A DNA stretch of 64,000 bases from Candidatus Altarchaeum sp. (GCA_018260615.1 JAGWDQ010000044.1:20467-84466), one strand, 5' to 3'. Positions 53,951 through 64,000 are shown, numbered from the stretch's first letter. Made by a program: numbers and translations. The notes: a model not told the origin generated them from the sequence alone.

Positions 53951-55414
53951 ATGCGTTACATTGACAAGCATGACTTTAAAATTGTATCTAAATTTTTAGG
54001 AGAGGCACTGGGAATTATAGGAATGAGTGTATTCATTTTGGGATTCTTTTCCCTTATTTCAGATTACAAACATTATGAAAACATTGCATACATTTTGCCG
54101 GGCGGACTGATGGCAGTATCTGCGACATTTTTTTACAGATTCGGTATTGAGGGTCGTATGGAAACACGGCACGCTCTTGTGCTTTCAGCAATCGCGTGGC
54201 TGCTCATTCCTTTATTTTGTTCAATTCCGTTTTATATTGCTTCAACTTCTGTTGACCCGATAGTTAAATTTGTTGATGCATATTTTGAAGCGATGTCTGC
54301 TTTTACCGGAGCAGGATTAACCATGATTCAAAATTTAGATACACATTCTTCAACATTTCTGTTTTTCAGAAGCGGGCTCGCATGGATCGGAGGTGTCGGA
54401 ATTATTATGCTTTTTCTTTTGATATTACGCCCGTCTCCGGCGGTAGCAAAATTATATTCCTCCGAAGCGAGAACCGGAAGAATAAAAACAACAATGAAGG
54501 GGACAGTAAAAGAAATATGGAAAATTTATATTCTATTTACGATAATAGGAGTTATTGCTTTGCTGTTATTGGGCGTAAATTTTCTTGACTCCGTTGCCCA
54601 TATTATGACCGCAATCGGAACGCAGGGATTTTCAACCCATGATGCAAGTATCGGATTTTATTATGATAATGTTCCAGTGCAGTTGGTTTTGATGCTCTTT
54701 ATGATACTCGGGGCAATATCATTCTTTATACACTTCAACATTTTGGACAGGAAATTTTCAGTTGTTTTAAGAAATCTGGAGTTAAAATTTTTTTTATCAC
54801 TTATCGTTGTCGGAAGCGTCGTTATTTGTGCAAATTTGTTCTTTTTGCAACACTATGCGGTGGATGATGCAGTAAAACAATCAACATTCAATGTGGTTTC
54901 TGCTGTAACAACAACCGGATTCAGTAATGCGGACATCGGAAATTTTGATGATGCAAGTAAATTTATCCTGATTATACTGATGTTCATCGGAGGATGCAGC
55001 ATATCAACCGCAGGGGGCTTAAAAGTCCTTAAAATTTTAATTCTTGCGGAAAATGCGTGGATGAGAATAAAAAAAGTGCTGCTTCCGGAAAGTGCGGTTG
55101 TTAAGGTAAAATTCGGAGGTATTTCACTAACGGATGAGGAAATTTCTTACATAACATTTCTTGTTTTTCTGTTTTTTATAATTTATGGTCTGGGAGTTAT
55201 AATTTTTCTTTATTTGGGATACCCGACTATGGATGCATTGTTTGTGTGTGCAACTGCAATAAGTGATAATGGAATAAATACATTAAGCGGAACTGCGTGG
55301 TTTGATATGAGTATAATCGGAAAGGTTACGCTTGTATTTTTAATGTATGCAGGAAGGCTGGAAATTTTACCCGTTCTCGCATTAATTTTCGGGATAGTTA
55401 AAAGAATAAAATAA
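53951..55414 (+). CDS. trkH: TrkH-family potassium uptake permease
   Basis: FEAMSAFTGAG, WIGGVG, GTQGFS, TTTGF, GGCSISTAGGLKV, GRLEI; the ORF-track start runs through a repeat. Confidence 0.93.
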   Translation: MRYIDKHDFKIVSKFLGEALGIIGMSVFILGFFSLISDYKHYENIAYILPGGLMAVSATFFYRFGIEGRMETRHALVLSAIAWLLIPLFCSIPFYIASTSVDPIVKFVDAYFEAMSAFTGAGLTMIQNLDTHSSTFLFFRSGLAWIGGVGIIMLFLLILRPSPAVAKLYSSEARTGRIKTTMKGTVKEIWKIYILFTIIGVIALLLLGVNFLDSVAHIMTAIGTQGFSTHDASIGFYYDNVPVQLVLMLFMILGAISFFIHFNILDRKFSVVLRNLELKFFLSLIVVGSVVICANLFFLQHYAVDDAVKQSTFNVVSAVTTTGFSNADIGNFDDASKFILIILMFIGGCSISTAGGLKVLKILILAENAWMRIKKVLLPESAVVKVKFGGISLTDEEISYITFLVFLFFIIYGLGVIIFLYLGYPTMDALFVCATAISDNGINTLSGTAWFDMSIIGKVTLVFLMYAGRLEILPVLALIFGIVKRIK

Positions 55415-55547
55415 ATTTACTCATAAATTTTTAGAAAAACTTTCATGTTACTCTCATCCAAAGATAAATATTATGGTTTTTATTCTCCGGCGATGAAGTT
55501 AGACAAACCATTATTCTTCCTTTTTTGTTTATTTGTCTTTTATATCT

Positions 55548-55673
55548 TCAATGTCCTGCAACATGTGGCGGACCCATTCCCCAGATAATTGCTCCGATAA
55601 TTATGAAAGTCAGGGTAATTGCAGCAAAGACCAGGGCAATTTTTATATCCATCGGACTAAATATTTCAGGCAT
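55548..55673 (-). CDS. 41-aa single-TM microprotein
   Basis: Manual translation MPEIFSPMDIKIALVFAAITLTFIIIGAIIWGMGPPHVAGH. Confidence 0.5.
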   Translation of the reverse strand: MPEIFSPMDIKIALVFAAITLTFIIIGAIIWGMGPPHVAGH

Positions 55674-55724
55674 TTTAAATTTATTTAATATTTAAATTTT
55701 AAATTACATATCTTTAGTTATTTT

Positions 55725-55895
55725 TTAGCAGGCTTCGAAGTTCTTAAATAAACATCCGGGAGCACATTGATCTATTCTAAAATGTTCAAAGAAATTACAC
55801 GACGCAAAAATTGCAATCATTGCCATAAATCCAATCAGTACAAGTGCTATCAATACAACCATAATTTTATCCTTTCCGCTTAGATGCACACTCAT
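55725..55895 (-). CDS. 56-aa single-TM microprotein with four Cys
   Basis: Manual translation MSVHLSGKDKIMVVLIALVLIGFMAMIAIFASCNFFEHFRIDQCAPGCLFKNFEAC. Confidence 0.5.
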   Translation of the reverse strand: MSVHLSGKDKIMVVLIALVLIGFMAMIAIFASCNFFEHFRIDQCAPGCLFKNFEAC

Positions 55896-55993
55896 TTTAA
55901 ATTTAGTTTATGTTGGTTTATATAAATTTTTTATATTATTAATTATTAATTAAACAACTATATAATTAAATTTTTTATTATAAATATTAAATT

Positions 55994-57253
55994 TTATTCA
56001 TCACATTTTTTTAAACACTCCTCATAGCATCCGAAATTTGTATCTGCCTGACATTGCGAAGATGCATTTGCTTTGCATTGGGATATGCAAATATTCCTTT
56101 CACCGGCGACATATTTTTCCACACACGGCTGCAGGGAATTCATTTTACACCTGAAATTGCATTGTGTCCAATTCTGTGCATCCATGTCTCCCGACTCACA
56201 TTTTATTCTGCATCTTTCATTTATTTCATTTTGGCATCTTTGAGTTAAGTCCGCAGAATATAAATTTTGTTCGCATCCGCTCGCACATTCTTCTTCAATA
56301 GCGGCATAGCATATTCTCTCAATATTCTCTTTTTTGCAAATCTCATTACATCTCTCCATACACCTCAACTGTGTTTGATTTGTTTCATTTTCCACAATAC
56401 TTCCATTGCACACCTTTTTACATCTCTCTGTCCAAAGTTCGCATTTTGTCTTATTTGTTTCATTATCTTTACTCTTATTTTTGCACACAATACTACATAC
56501 CTCTCTACAACCTGTCTGATTTGTCTCATCTGTTTCATCTGGCAAGGATATTGTAAGTGCAAAATGTTCCCTCACAACTAAATTTTTCCCTTCAAACATC
56601 TCCATCCTCATCAGTATATCTATTGCCGAAATTTTTTCATTTTCCTCCCTATACTCTAAATTTGAAGAGAAGTTAAAATTTACAAAAATTTTGCTTGTTT
56701 CATTGATGGAAAAATTTAAAGGGATTTCGAAAGAGGCGTTTCCAAGAGGAGTAAGATTAGAAATTTTTATTTTCGCTGATATTTTACTTGCATTAATTCT
56801 GATTTGAGCGTATTTTCCGGCAGGTAAATTTCCCGAATACACGCTTTGGTTATCTGTTTGGTTAAGGGGTTTATCGAGCGTTTTCCACCCGTAAATTTTG
56901 CTGTAAATTTCAATATTTTTGACTGAAATTTTTAACAATGTATCATTACTTACGGTAATAATGACAATAACATTATTCGTATTTTCTCCTGTTGTGGCAT
57001 CATATGTGATATTTTGATTTGTGGCAATATTTCTATGGTTATCAGAATTGTTGAGCATGTTATTATCCGAATTATTCGTACTATTTAGATGAGCCGAATT
57101 ATTTATATTTGTATTGCAGGTTGCATTATTTAGACCATTATCACCCGGGTTATCGCTTATATTATGCACCGTATTTGTATTTTCAATACATCCGCTTATT
57201 GCAATTACAATTGTAATTATTGATATAAGCACTATGAACCTTTCTTTGTTCAT
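55994..57253 (-). CDS. Lipoprotein with a DUF4382-like domain and a Cys-rich CxxxC-repeat C-terminus
   Basis: AISGC lipobox after MNKERF; LPAGKYAQIRI motif; many CxxxC motifs. Confidence 0.7.
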   Translation of the reverse strand: MNKERFIVLISIITIVIAISGCIENTNTVHNISDNPGDNGLNNATCNTNINNSAHLNSTNNSDNNMLNNSDNHRNIATNQNITYDATTGENTNNVIVIITVSNDTLLKISVKNIEIYSKIYGWKTLDKPLNQTDNQSVYSGNLPAGKYAQIRINASKISAKIKISNLTPLGNASFEIPLNFSINETSKIFVNFNFSSNLEYREENEKISAIDILMRMEMFEGKNLVVREHFALTISLPDETDETNQTGCREVCSIVCKNKSKDNETNKTKCELWTERCKKVCNGSIVENETNQTQLRCMERCNEICKKENIERICYAAIEEECASGCEQNLYSADLTQRCQNEINERCRIKCESGDMDAQNWTQCNFRCKMNSLQPCVEKYVAGERNICISQCKANASSQCQADTNFGCYEECLKKCDE

Positions 57254-57396
57254 TCTAAAATTTATTTTTTGTGTTTTTATAATTGGAATTTCAATATATA
57301 TTAACAAAATTTAACAAAATAAATTTAATAAAATAATATTAAGTTTTTAATTTTCACTCCTAATTATTATAAAAGTTTATTAATAAATTTATTAAG

Positions 57397-58056
57397 ATGG
57401 TTGGAAAAGAAAAAAAGACAGAAAAAAAGACAGTAAATGTTGCGGAAAAATTTAAAGAGATGCTTGAAAAGTCACCGAAGAGAAAATTCGTTCAAAGTGT
57501 AGATGTTGCCTTAAAATTTAAGGATATTGACTTTAAAAAACCCGAGAATAAAATTGATTTGACAGTAGCACTTCCGAAAGGTCCCGGAAGAGAGCAGGTG
57601 GTAGGAATATTTGCAGAAGGAGATAAACTTGTTGAGGCCAAAAAAATTACCGGCAGGGTCTTTGGAAAGGATGACATTAACAGCTTAAAGAATTCAAAAA
57701 GAAAAATAAGAAAAATTGCAAATGAATGTGCGTTTTTTATATCTCAGCAGGATTTAATGGGATTAATCGGAAAAACATGGGGAACAATATTGGGGCCAAG
57801 AGGAAAGATTCCGCAAATCCTTCCGCCGAATGCGCCGATTGCACCTATATTTGAACGACTAAAGAAGAGCATTAAAATTACTTCAAAGAAAAACACTGTT
57901 GTTTATGCAAAAATAGGAAATGAAAAAATGCCCGCAGATGATTTAATGGCAAATTATAATGCCCTGCTCGAAGGAATTGCCGAGAAAGCAGATAAGAAAA
58001 AAATTGCCGCAATTTACCTTAAAACAACAATGGGACAGCCCGTAAGAATACAATAA
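57397..58056 (+). CDS. rpl1: 50S ribosomal protein L1
   Basis: RKFVQSVDV, LGPRGKIP, KTTMG. Confidence 0.95.
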   Translation: MVGKEKKTEKKTVNVAEKFKEMLEKSPKRKFVQSVDVALKFKDIDFKKPENKIDLTVALPKGPGREQVVGIFAEGDKLVEAKKITGRVFGKDDINSLKNSKRKIRKIANECAFFISQQDLMGLIGKTWGTILGPRGKIPQILPPNAPIAPIFERLKKSIKITSKKNTVVYAKIGNEKMPADDLMANYNALLEGIAEKADKKKIAAIYLKTTMGQPVRIQ

Positions 58057-58089
58057 AAAAATAGTAAAAAGTAATAAATAAATTTTAAA

Positions 58090-58917
58090 ATGGTCAAACA
58101 GGCAAAAATAAAAGTTGTTGAAAATTTAACAACAAAAATAAGGACTTCCAAAACAATTATACTTGGCGACTTTCTGGGTTTACCTTCGGCAAATTTTCAT
58201 AACATCAGGAAAGCAACAAAGGAATTCGGAGAAATTTATGTTGTAAAAAACACGCTGGCAAAAAGAGCATTTGAAAATGCAAATAACCCGCAAATGATAA
58301 ATTATCTTATCGGAAATACCGCTTTAATCTTTTCAGATGAAAATCCTTTTAAGATATATAAAAAAATAGCACAAATTAAGACATGCGCTCCTCCGAAACC
58401 AAATTCCGTAGCAGGTGAAGACCTTGTCATAAAAGCAGGTCCGACACCATTTTCTCCGGGGCCAATGGTTGCAGAAATGCAGAAATACGGGATAAAAGCG
58501 GCAATAAAAAAAGGAAAGGTTGAAATCGGAGAAGACGGTGTGATAGTAAAGAAAGGAGACAGAGTTCCCGCTGCAGTTTCACAAATACTTGGGAAACTCG
58601 GAATAACGCCGATAGAGTTGTGGTTAAGAATAAAGGCAGGATATCAGAACGGAACAATATTTTCGCCGGAAATTTTAAACATTGATATGGATGCATACAA
58701 AAATAAAATTGTATCTGCACATCAAACGGCAATGGGTCTGGCAATCGCAAAGGGAATATGCAACAAATATACTGTAAATAACTTAATTGTAAATGCCTTC
58801 TTCAATACAAAAAATTTGGCAATAGAAAGAGGAATTCCTACAAAAGAAACGGTAAATGATTTGCTCGCAAAAGCAGGCAGATATGCATCTGCATTGAAGA
58901 GTAATGTGAAAGAGTAA
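58090..58917 (+). CDS. rpl10: 50S ribosomal protein L10/P0, no acidic C-terminal tail
   Basis: VKNTLAKRA, NPFKIY, GPTPFSPGP, KKGKVEI, LGKLGITP. Confidence 0.92.
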   Translation: MVKQAKIKVVENLTTKIRTSKTIILGDFLGLPSANFHNIRKATKEFGEIYVVKNTLAKRAFENANNPQMINYLIGNTALIFSDENPFKIYKKIAQIKTCAPPKPNSVAGEDLVIKAGPTPFSPGPMVAEMQKYGIKAAIKKGKVEIGEDGVIVKKGDRVPAAVSQILGKLGITPIELWLRIKAGYQNGTIFSPEILNIDMDAYKNKIVSAHQTAMGLAIAKGICNKYTVNNLIVNAFFNTKNLAIERGIPTKETVNDLLAKAGRYASALKSNVKE

Positions 58918-59065
58918 AGGGAAATAATAGGAAATTAAAAGAATCTATTGACCGGTATTATACCTGTAAAACACTAACTATGTTACGCGGACATTCATTT
59001 ATATATTTATAAAAAATAATGTTAAAATTTAATTTGAAATTTAATAAATTTTAATATTTAATTAT

Positions 59066-59305
59066 TTACAAAAGTTTCCCATTTCAGAAAACAAATGTGT
59101 TGAAATGGGACAGTTACTAAATTACATCAATTTACCTCCAAAAATCAGATTATGTTTGGTAATAAATCTGCAAAAAATCCCATATTTTGGCAAATTTTTG
59201 CATCATTTTAAACTTTTGATATAATTTTCCCCGTTACAAGCCATATTGTTTTGTGATAAAACGATATTCGTAGGTGTTGTAATTCCAAATGGGAAACTTT
59301 TGTAA
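59066..59305. mobile_element. 240-bp non-coding MITE with perfect 19-bp terminal inverted repeats
   Basis: ttacaaaagtttcccattt (59066-59084) and aaatgggaaacttttgtaa (59287-59305); can be read as a TA-flanked element. Confidence 0.85.
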
Positions 59306-59352
59306 TATAAATTATTTTAATGTTTCAATAATAATGTTTCAATAAAATAAAG

Positions 59353-59841
59353 ATGACTTTATCTGAAAATGTAAATGCGGATAGATCAGATGTGTTGCTG
59401 ACTTCTGTGTTCCTTGCCGGAGGTATAAAAAGTAAACGTAAGTTGAATACCCTTGTTTTTATAATACAGGAAAAACTTAAGAGTACAAATAAAGAAATTC
59501 TAAATTATAAGTTTTATGATACAATAACAGGACCTTATTCTCCGGAATTAATGGAAGATATTGAAGTTTTGGCAAATGCCGGATTTGTCAGTGGAAGTAA
59601 CAAAAGGAATCTTGGAGAATTTACACATTACTATAGTTTAACTGATTTTGGAGAGATGGAGTATAAATGGATTATTGAAAAAAATACGCCTGATGATGTT
59701 AAAGAGGATATTAGAAAAGTGATCGATGAATACCTGAATATGCACGCTTACGAAATCATTACCAAATTGAAAGAAAACGGAGAGTATGTGTCTTTAGAAC
59801 CTGAGGAAAAACTTAATAACATTCTTTTTGAAAAGATTTAA
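59353..59841 (+). CDS. DUF4065/SocA(Panacea)-like wHTH protein
   Basis: RKLNTLVF, YKFYD..TGPYSPEL, YSLTDFG. Confidence 0.6.
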   Translation: MTLSENVNADRSDVLLTSVFLAGGIKSKRKLNTLVFIIQEKLKSTNKEILNYKFYDTITGPYSPELMEDIEVLANAGFVSGSNKRNLGEFTHYYSLTDFGEMEYKWIIEKNTPDDVKEDIRKVIDEYLNMHAYEIITKLKENGEYVSLEPEEKLNNILFEKI

Positions 59842-60910
59842 GCCGCAAAGAAATAAATGTAAAATGTTTTTATATTATTACAATATTTTACCAATAATTG
59901 GAAATAATGATTTTTCTCTAAAAAATAAAAGATACATAGATTCATCTATTCAAAACTTTTTTAATCTTATACCTTGTGGCGATGAAAAGTATGAAATGAA
60001 CTATACTAATGAAGGAAAATCAAAATATAAAGATTCTATACTTGGCAATAATAATAAATTGCCGAATGATGCACTTAAAAAAGCTGTTGATGAAATATGT
60101 CAAATGAAGTGGTACATAAAAATAGATAAGGATGGAATGATGAAAATGTGGGTTGAAGCGGATAACAACAAAGAGTGGACAAAACATAAACGAATGATCT
60201 ATGACAAATTTACCGGAACATATTCACAGTTTAAAACATTTATTCATAACCATCTATTTTCAAATTTGGAAGAGGGAATTTCTATGTCTGTTGAAAGTGA
60301 TATGGAAATAGAGGAAAATTCTGAAAAAGAAAGAAAAATACATAATCGTATGTATGAGAAATACATAAAAATGAGGTGGATGGTTCTTGATAATCACGTT
60401 GCAAAGATATACACACATAAGGAAGACATATTAAAAGAATTAATAAGCAAAAAGAATTTAAAAACCTTATTGGTTTTATTCTATGCTGCAAAGATGCACG
60501 GAAAGATATTTAAATTAATATCAAATTCTAAAGGTGTTCTATGGACACAGGTGTATTTAGAAACTATATTTGAGAGATATTTAAATCATGAAATATCAAA
60601 AACACATGAAAGTGATATGTTGAACTCATGGATATCCAAATTATATGATGCCCAGAACAGTATAAAATTTGCTTATCAGGCATTTGCTCTTTCATTTGTT
60701 GTTGCATTTAACTTAAATGGAGGAGTAAAATATATCATTAACTTTATTGATAATTTATTGAAAAACCCTTTTCAAATTTCTATCCCAAATGATTCATTCT
60801 TGTTTTTATGGATAGTATTATCCCTTTTCATATCCTTTATAATATTTTATTACTTTATAATAAAAAAAGAAATAAAAAATATATTTGCAATAATAAATAT
60901 TGAGTATTAG
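59828..60910 (+). CDS. Hypothetical protein with two C-terminal TM helices; start uncertain (ATG 59864 possible)
   Basis: 360-aa ORF directly following the DUF4065-like gene. Confidence 0.65.
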   Translation: MKRFKPQRNKCKMFLYYYNILPIIGNNDFSLKNKRYIDSSIQNFFNLIPCGDEKYEMNYTNEGKSKYKDSILGNNNKLPNDALKKAVDEICQMKWYIKIDKDGMMKMWVEADNNKEWTKHKRMIYDKFTGTYSQFKTFIHNHLFSNLEEGISMSVESDMEIEENSEKERKIHNRMYEKYIKMRWMVLDNHVAKIYTHKEDILKELISKKNLKTLLVLFYAAKMHGKIFKLISNSKGVLWTQVYLETIFERYLNHEISKTHESDMLNSWISKLYDAQNSIKFAYQAFALSFVVAFNLNGGVKYIINFIDNLLKNPFQISIPNDSFLFLWIVLSLFISFIIFYYFIIKKEIKNIFAIINIEY

Positions 60911-60940
60911 AAAGACATAAAAATTTTAACAAATTTTAAA

Positions 60941-62365
60941 ATGGTTCAAACGCAAACATTTCAGCAAGCAACAAATGGAGCAAATACGGAATTGGAATCT
61001 CATAATGTCAAAATCGGGCTTGAAATTCACATTCCGATAAAAACAAAACAAAAATTATTCTGCGATTGTCCGACAAATTACTATGAAATTTCAGAACCAA
61101 ATGTAAGTGTATGTCCGGTTTGCACGGGAATGCCCGGGATTAAACCGTATCCTATAAATTCGGAAGGATTGGAATCCGTTGTTATGCTTGCAAAACTTCT
61201 TAACTGTAAAATAAATGAAAAAATATTTGTAAAGAGAAAACACTACAATTATCCGGATCTTCCAAGTGGTTACCAGAGAACATCTGAACCGCTCGGCGTT
61301 GACGGAAATTTAAACAATATCGGGATTTGGGAAGTACACATTGAAGAAGATCCGGGAAAATACGATTTAAATTACAAACGGGTTGATTACAACAGGTCCG
61401 GAACAGTGCTTGCGGAAATAGTTAGTGCTCCTGATATGCACTCTCCCGAAGAAGCGAGAAATTTTTTAAAGGAACTGATAAATTTAGTAAAATATACAAA
61501 CAGGACTGTGGAGGTAGGAGGTGTGATGCGAGCTGATGTCAATGTCTCAATAGAGGGCGGTGCAAGGGTGGAAATCAAGAATGTAAATTCTATAAAAGGT
61601 ATGGTCAAAGCCCTGAAATATGAAATTTTAAGACAGAAAAATTTAAAAAGTGTCGGCGGCGAAGCAAAGATGGAAACCCGCGGTTATGACGAAAACCAGA
61701 TGGTAACTGTTCCAATGAGAACAAAAGAGACAGCCGATGATTACAGATATCTTCCTGACCCTGATATTCCACCGATTTATTTAAAGGAAATTTCAGAAAA
61801 AATAGTCCTTCCGGAAACACCCCGGAGCAGAACGAAGCGACTGATTTCTGAATATGGTATAAGAGATGATTACGCAGACATTCTCGTCAGAAACAAAGAA
61901 ATTGCAGACATTTTTGAAGAAATTGTCTCGCATGACAAATTTATGGCTGAAATTTCATCGTCATGGATATGCGGAGAAGTACTCAGGCAGTTAAATTACA
62001 GAGATATGGAATGGAACGACGAAAAAAATAAATTAAACAAAAAAATTTTAAGCGATTTGTTTGTGCTGCTGGCAAATAATAGCATTACTGAAAATACGGG
62101 AAAGAAAATTCTGGAAAGGGTTATTGACAGCGGAGAATTACCCTGCGACATCGTTGAAAAGGAAAATTTAAGGATTGAAAGTAATGATGATGTGTTAGAA
62201 GGTATTATTAATGATGTGCTCGCAAAAAATCAAAAGGCAGTGCAGGATTATAAAGCAGGAAATAAATCATCTGTGAATTTCTTAGTCGGGCAGATTATGA
62301 GAAACACAAAGGGAAAGGCGGATAATAAAAAAGTGATGGAAATTTTAGAGAGGAAATTGGGATAA
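60941..62365 (+). CDS. gatB: Asp/Glu-tRNA amidotransferase subunit B
   Basis: IGLEIH, CPVCTGMPG, YPDLP, HIEEDPG, RADVNVS, RVEIKN, DYRYLPDPD. Confidence 0.96.
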   Translation: MVQTQTFQQATNGANTELESHNVKIGLEIHIPIKTKQKLFCDCPTNYYEISEPNVSVCPVCTGMPGIKPYPINSEGLESVVMLAKLLNCKINEKIFVKRKHYNYPDLPSGYQRTSEPLGVDGNLNNIGIWEVHIEEDPGKYDLNYKRVDYNRSGTVLAEIVSAPDMHSPEEARNFLKELINLVKYTNRTVEVGGVMRADVNVSIEGGARVEIKNVNSIKGMVKALKYEILRQKNLKSVGGEAKMETRGYDENQMVTVPMRTKETADDYRYLPDPDIPPIYLKEISEKIVLPETPRSRTKRLISEYGIRDDYADILVRNKEIADIFEEIVSHDKFMAEISSSWICGEVLRQLNYRDMEWNDEKNKLNKKILSDLFVLLANNSITENTGKKILERVIDSGELPCDIVEKENLRIESNDDVLEGIINDVLAKNQKAVQDYKAGNKSSVNFLVGQIMRNTKGKADNKKVMEILERKLG

Positions 62366-62400
62366 ATTTAACATTCGGAAAATTTGAAGCGGTAAAAAAT

Positions 62401-63217
62401 TTAAATTTCAATCGCCTTTCCTTCATAAAATTCAAAAATTTCTTTTGAAAAATTTAATGTCTGAATATTTTTAGAATACAGGCATTCATTCCATTCTATC
62501 TTTCCATCCTTTTTAAATAAAAATAACATCACTTCTTTATCTGTAAAAAGTAATGTGAATTTATCAAGTTTATCACTAAAAACTAACTCTGCATTTTTAT
62601 ATTTTTTCAATTCACTTACTTTATCATAGAGAAATTTATCTTCTGCTATAATTTTCTTAACTGTATTACTTGCAATAATTTTAACCTCTTTTCCTTCCTT
62701 CGCAATTCTTTCAGCGAGCTTTACATAATTTTCTGTAATTCCAGAAATAATTCCGTAAAAATATTTTCCGTTTAATGCCATATCTAATGTCTTTTTTAAA
62801 ACCACACTATCATCATTAATTTTTGCATTTTCAATAAATTCTGCATCATGAAATACATAAATATGAGGCAAAAATTGCTCCGGAAAATTAATCAAATGAG
62901 TTTGCCAGTAATGTTTATTAAGCATATTGCCTATCAATCCAATATTTGTAATTGCTATCAATTGCTTTTTAAAACTTTCCGAGAGAAGTAAGGACTATTT
63001 GTTTTTCAGAATCATACTTTATAAGATTTAAATCTCCCAGGCGATCAAGCAATCTGTATACTGCACTTTCGTTATATTCTGTTTCTCTTTTTATTTCTTT
63101 TTTAGTTGTTCCGCATTCTGCCATGAAAATTATTTTTACCGCAGCACCAGAACAAAAAACACTAAGAATATTGCTAAATTCCTTTTCATCGTTAATCTTA
63201 ACATTATCATGGTTCAT
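62401..63217 (-). pseudogene. wHTH/DUF1724-like regulator split by a 1-nt frameshift near 62965-62975
   Basis: wHTH half ends LTSLGKF*; removing one base of the T4A5 run joins it to KKQLIAITNIG... and ORF 62401-62961. Confidence 0.7.
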
Positions 63218-63330
63218 TTTTCAAAATTGAACTTAAAATATTATAAATTATGGTTGGACAGATAAATTATAGTTGAATAGCATAATGGGATAGTATGATT
63301 ATCCAGTAATTTTGCACCGTCTCATTTCAT

Positions 63331-63396
63331 GAGAATGTCTCCTAAAAAGAGAAATTCCCATAAAAAGAGAATGTCTCCTAAAAAGAGAATGTCTCA
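63331..63396. repeat. Short tandem repeat aaaaagagaatgtctcct-like, about 3 copies
   Basis: Seen directly in the sequence. Confidence 0.7.
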
Positions 63397-63477
63397 CCCC
63401 CCTTCTTAATCTCCAATGCAATAATTATTAATCAGTTTTTAAATAATAAGTTTTTAAAATTTAATTTTAAAATTTAA

Positions 63478-63756
63478 ATGATAACTCGAAAATATTCATC
63501 AAATGGTGAAATTTATTATTTAAAAATTATGATAACATCAAAATATAATTTAAGGCAATTCAAATCATTAATTGAGAAAAATCCAAAAACAATTGTACTT
63601 GAAAGTGGTGATTTATGGTTAAATCCAAAAACAATGTCATTTGCCAACATATTACTGGAAAATAATTACAAACCAGATGAGCCAGAATTTTTAAACAAAA
63701 GAAACCCAAAAGACACATATTTGCTTAAACTCACTTTAACAGCCATAAAACAATAA
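63478..63756 (+). CDS. Hypothetical protein
   Basis: 92-aa ORF, no recognisable motif. Confidence 0.45.
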   Translation: MITRKYSSNGEIYYLKIMITSKYNLRQFKSLIEKNPKTIVLESGDLWLNPKTMSFANILLENNYKPDEPEFLNKRNPKDTYLLKLTLTAIKQ

Positions 63757-63758
63757 TA

Positions 63759-63820
63759 CAATACAAACATAACACAATACAAACATAACACAATACAAAC
63801 ATAACACAATACAAACATAA
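63759..63820. repeat. 16-bp tandem repeat, 3.9 copies
   Basis: caatacaaacataaca at 63759, 63775, 63791 and a partial copy at 63807. Confidence 0.92.
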
Positions 63821-64000
63821 TCCACATAATTCAACAAAATCACTTTAAATCGATCTGCCATGCATCATATATCAAAAACAAAGCATGGTCGAAATGAGAT
63901 AATACCCTGAAATGGGCGTTGGAAAGCCAAATAAAAATATAAAAAGTTAAAATTGTACGATGGATTTTAAAACAGGAATATTGGTAATGTTGGTTGGAAT

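Noticed and set aside
63759-63820. CRISPR or iteron array
   Set aside because: Head-to-tail 16-bp repeats with no spacers and no adjacent replication gene visible; treated as a simple VNTR.
63960-64000. Possible CDS start running off the window edge (MDFKTGILVMLVG)
   Set aside because: Only 13 codons are visible; not enough to call.

Overview
AT-rich archaeal chromosomal window. Gene content (archaeal r-protein/RNAP clusters, Hef, XPD, RFC, LonB, plus bacterial-type GyrB, class II HMG-CoA reductase and futalosine-pathway MqnE/MqnC) fits an Altiarchaeota-like organism; this taxonomy is inference. Housekeeping blocks alternate with small accessory cassettes: an ABC-ATPase/TOPRIM pair, a wHTH-nucleotidyltransferase fusion, a TIR-domain protein, tandem P-loop ATPases, and membrane and lipoprotein genes. 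Main observations: (1) a ~259-bp, 86-codon element with 13-bp terminal inverted repeats occurs four times in-frame inside radC and lonB. In radC it shows 8-bp target-site duplications and is nested inside itself, so it looks like a protein-coding MITE spreading a domain between unrelated genes. (2) Accessory cargo repeatedly sits between a truncated and an intact copy of a host gene end (nitroreductase, rpoD, rpl13, hef, mqnE, mqnC). (3) A three-gene operon shares an unrecognised 4-TM motif set. (4) A modular REP-like repeat family occupies intergenic regions and has also entered radC in-frame. I found no CRISPR array, rRNA, tRNA, transposase or integrase.
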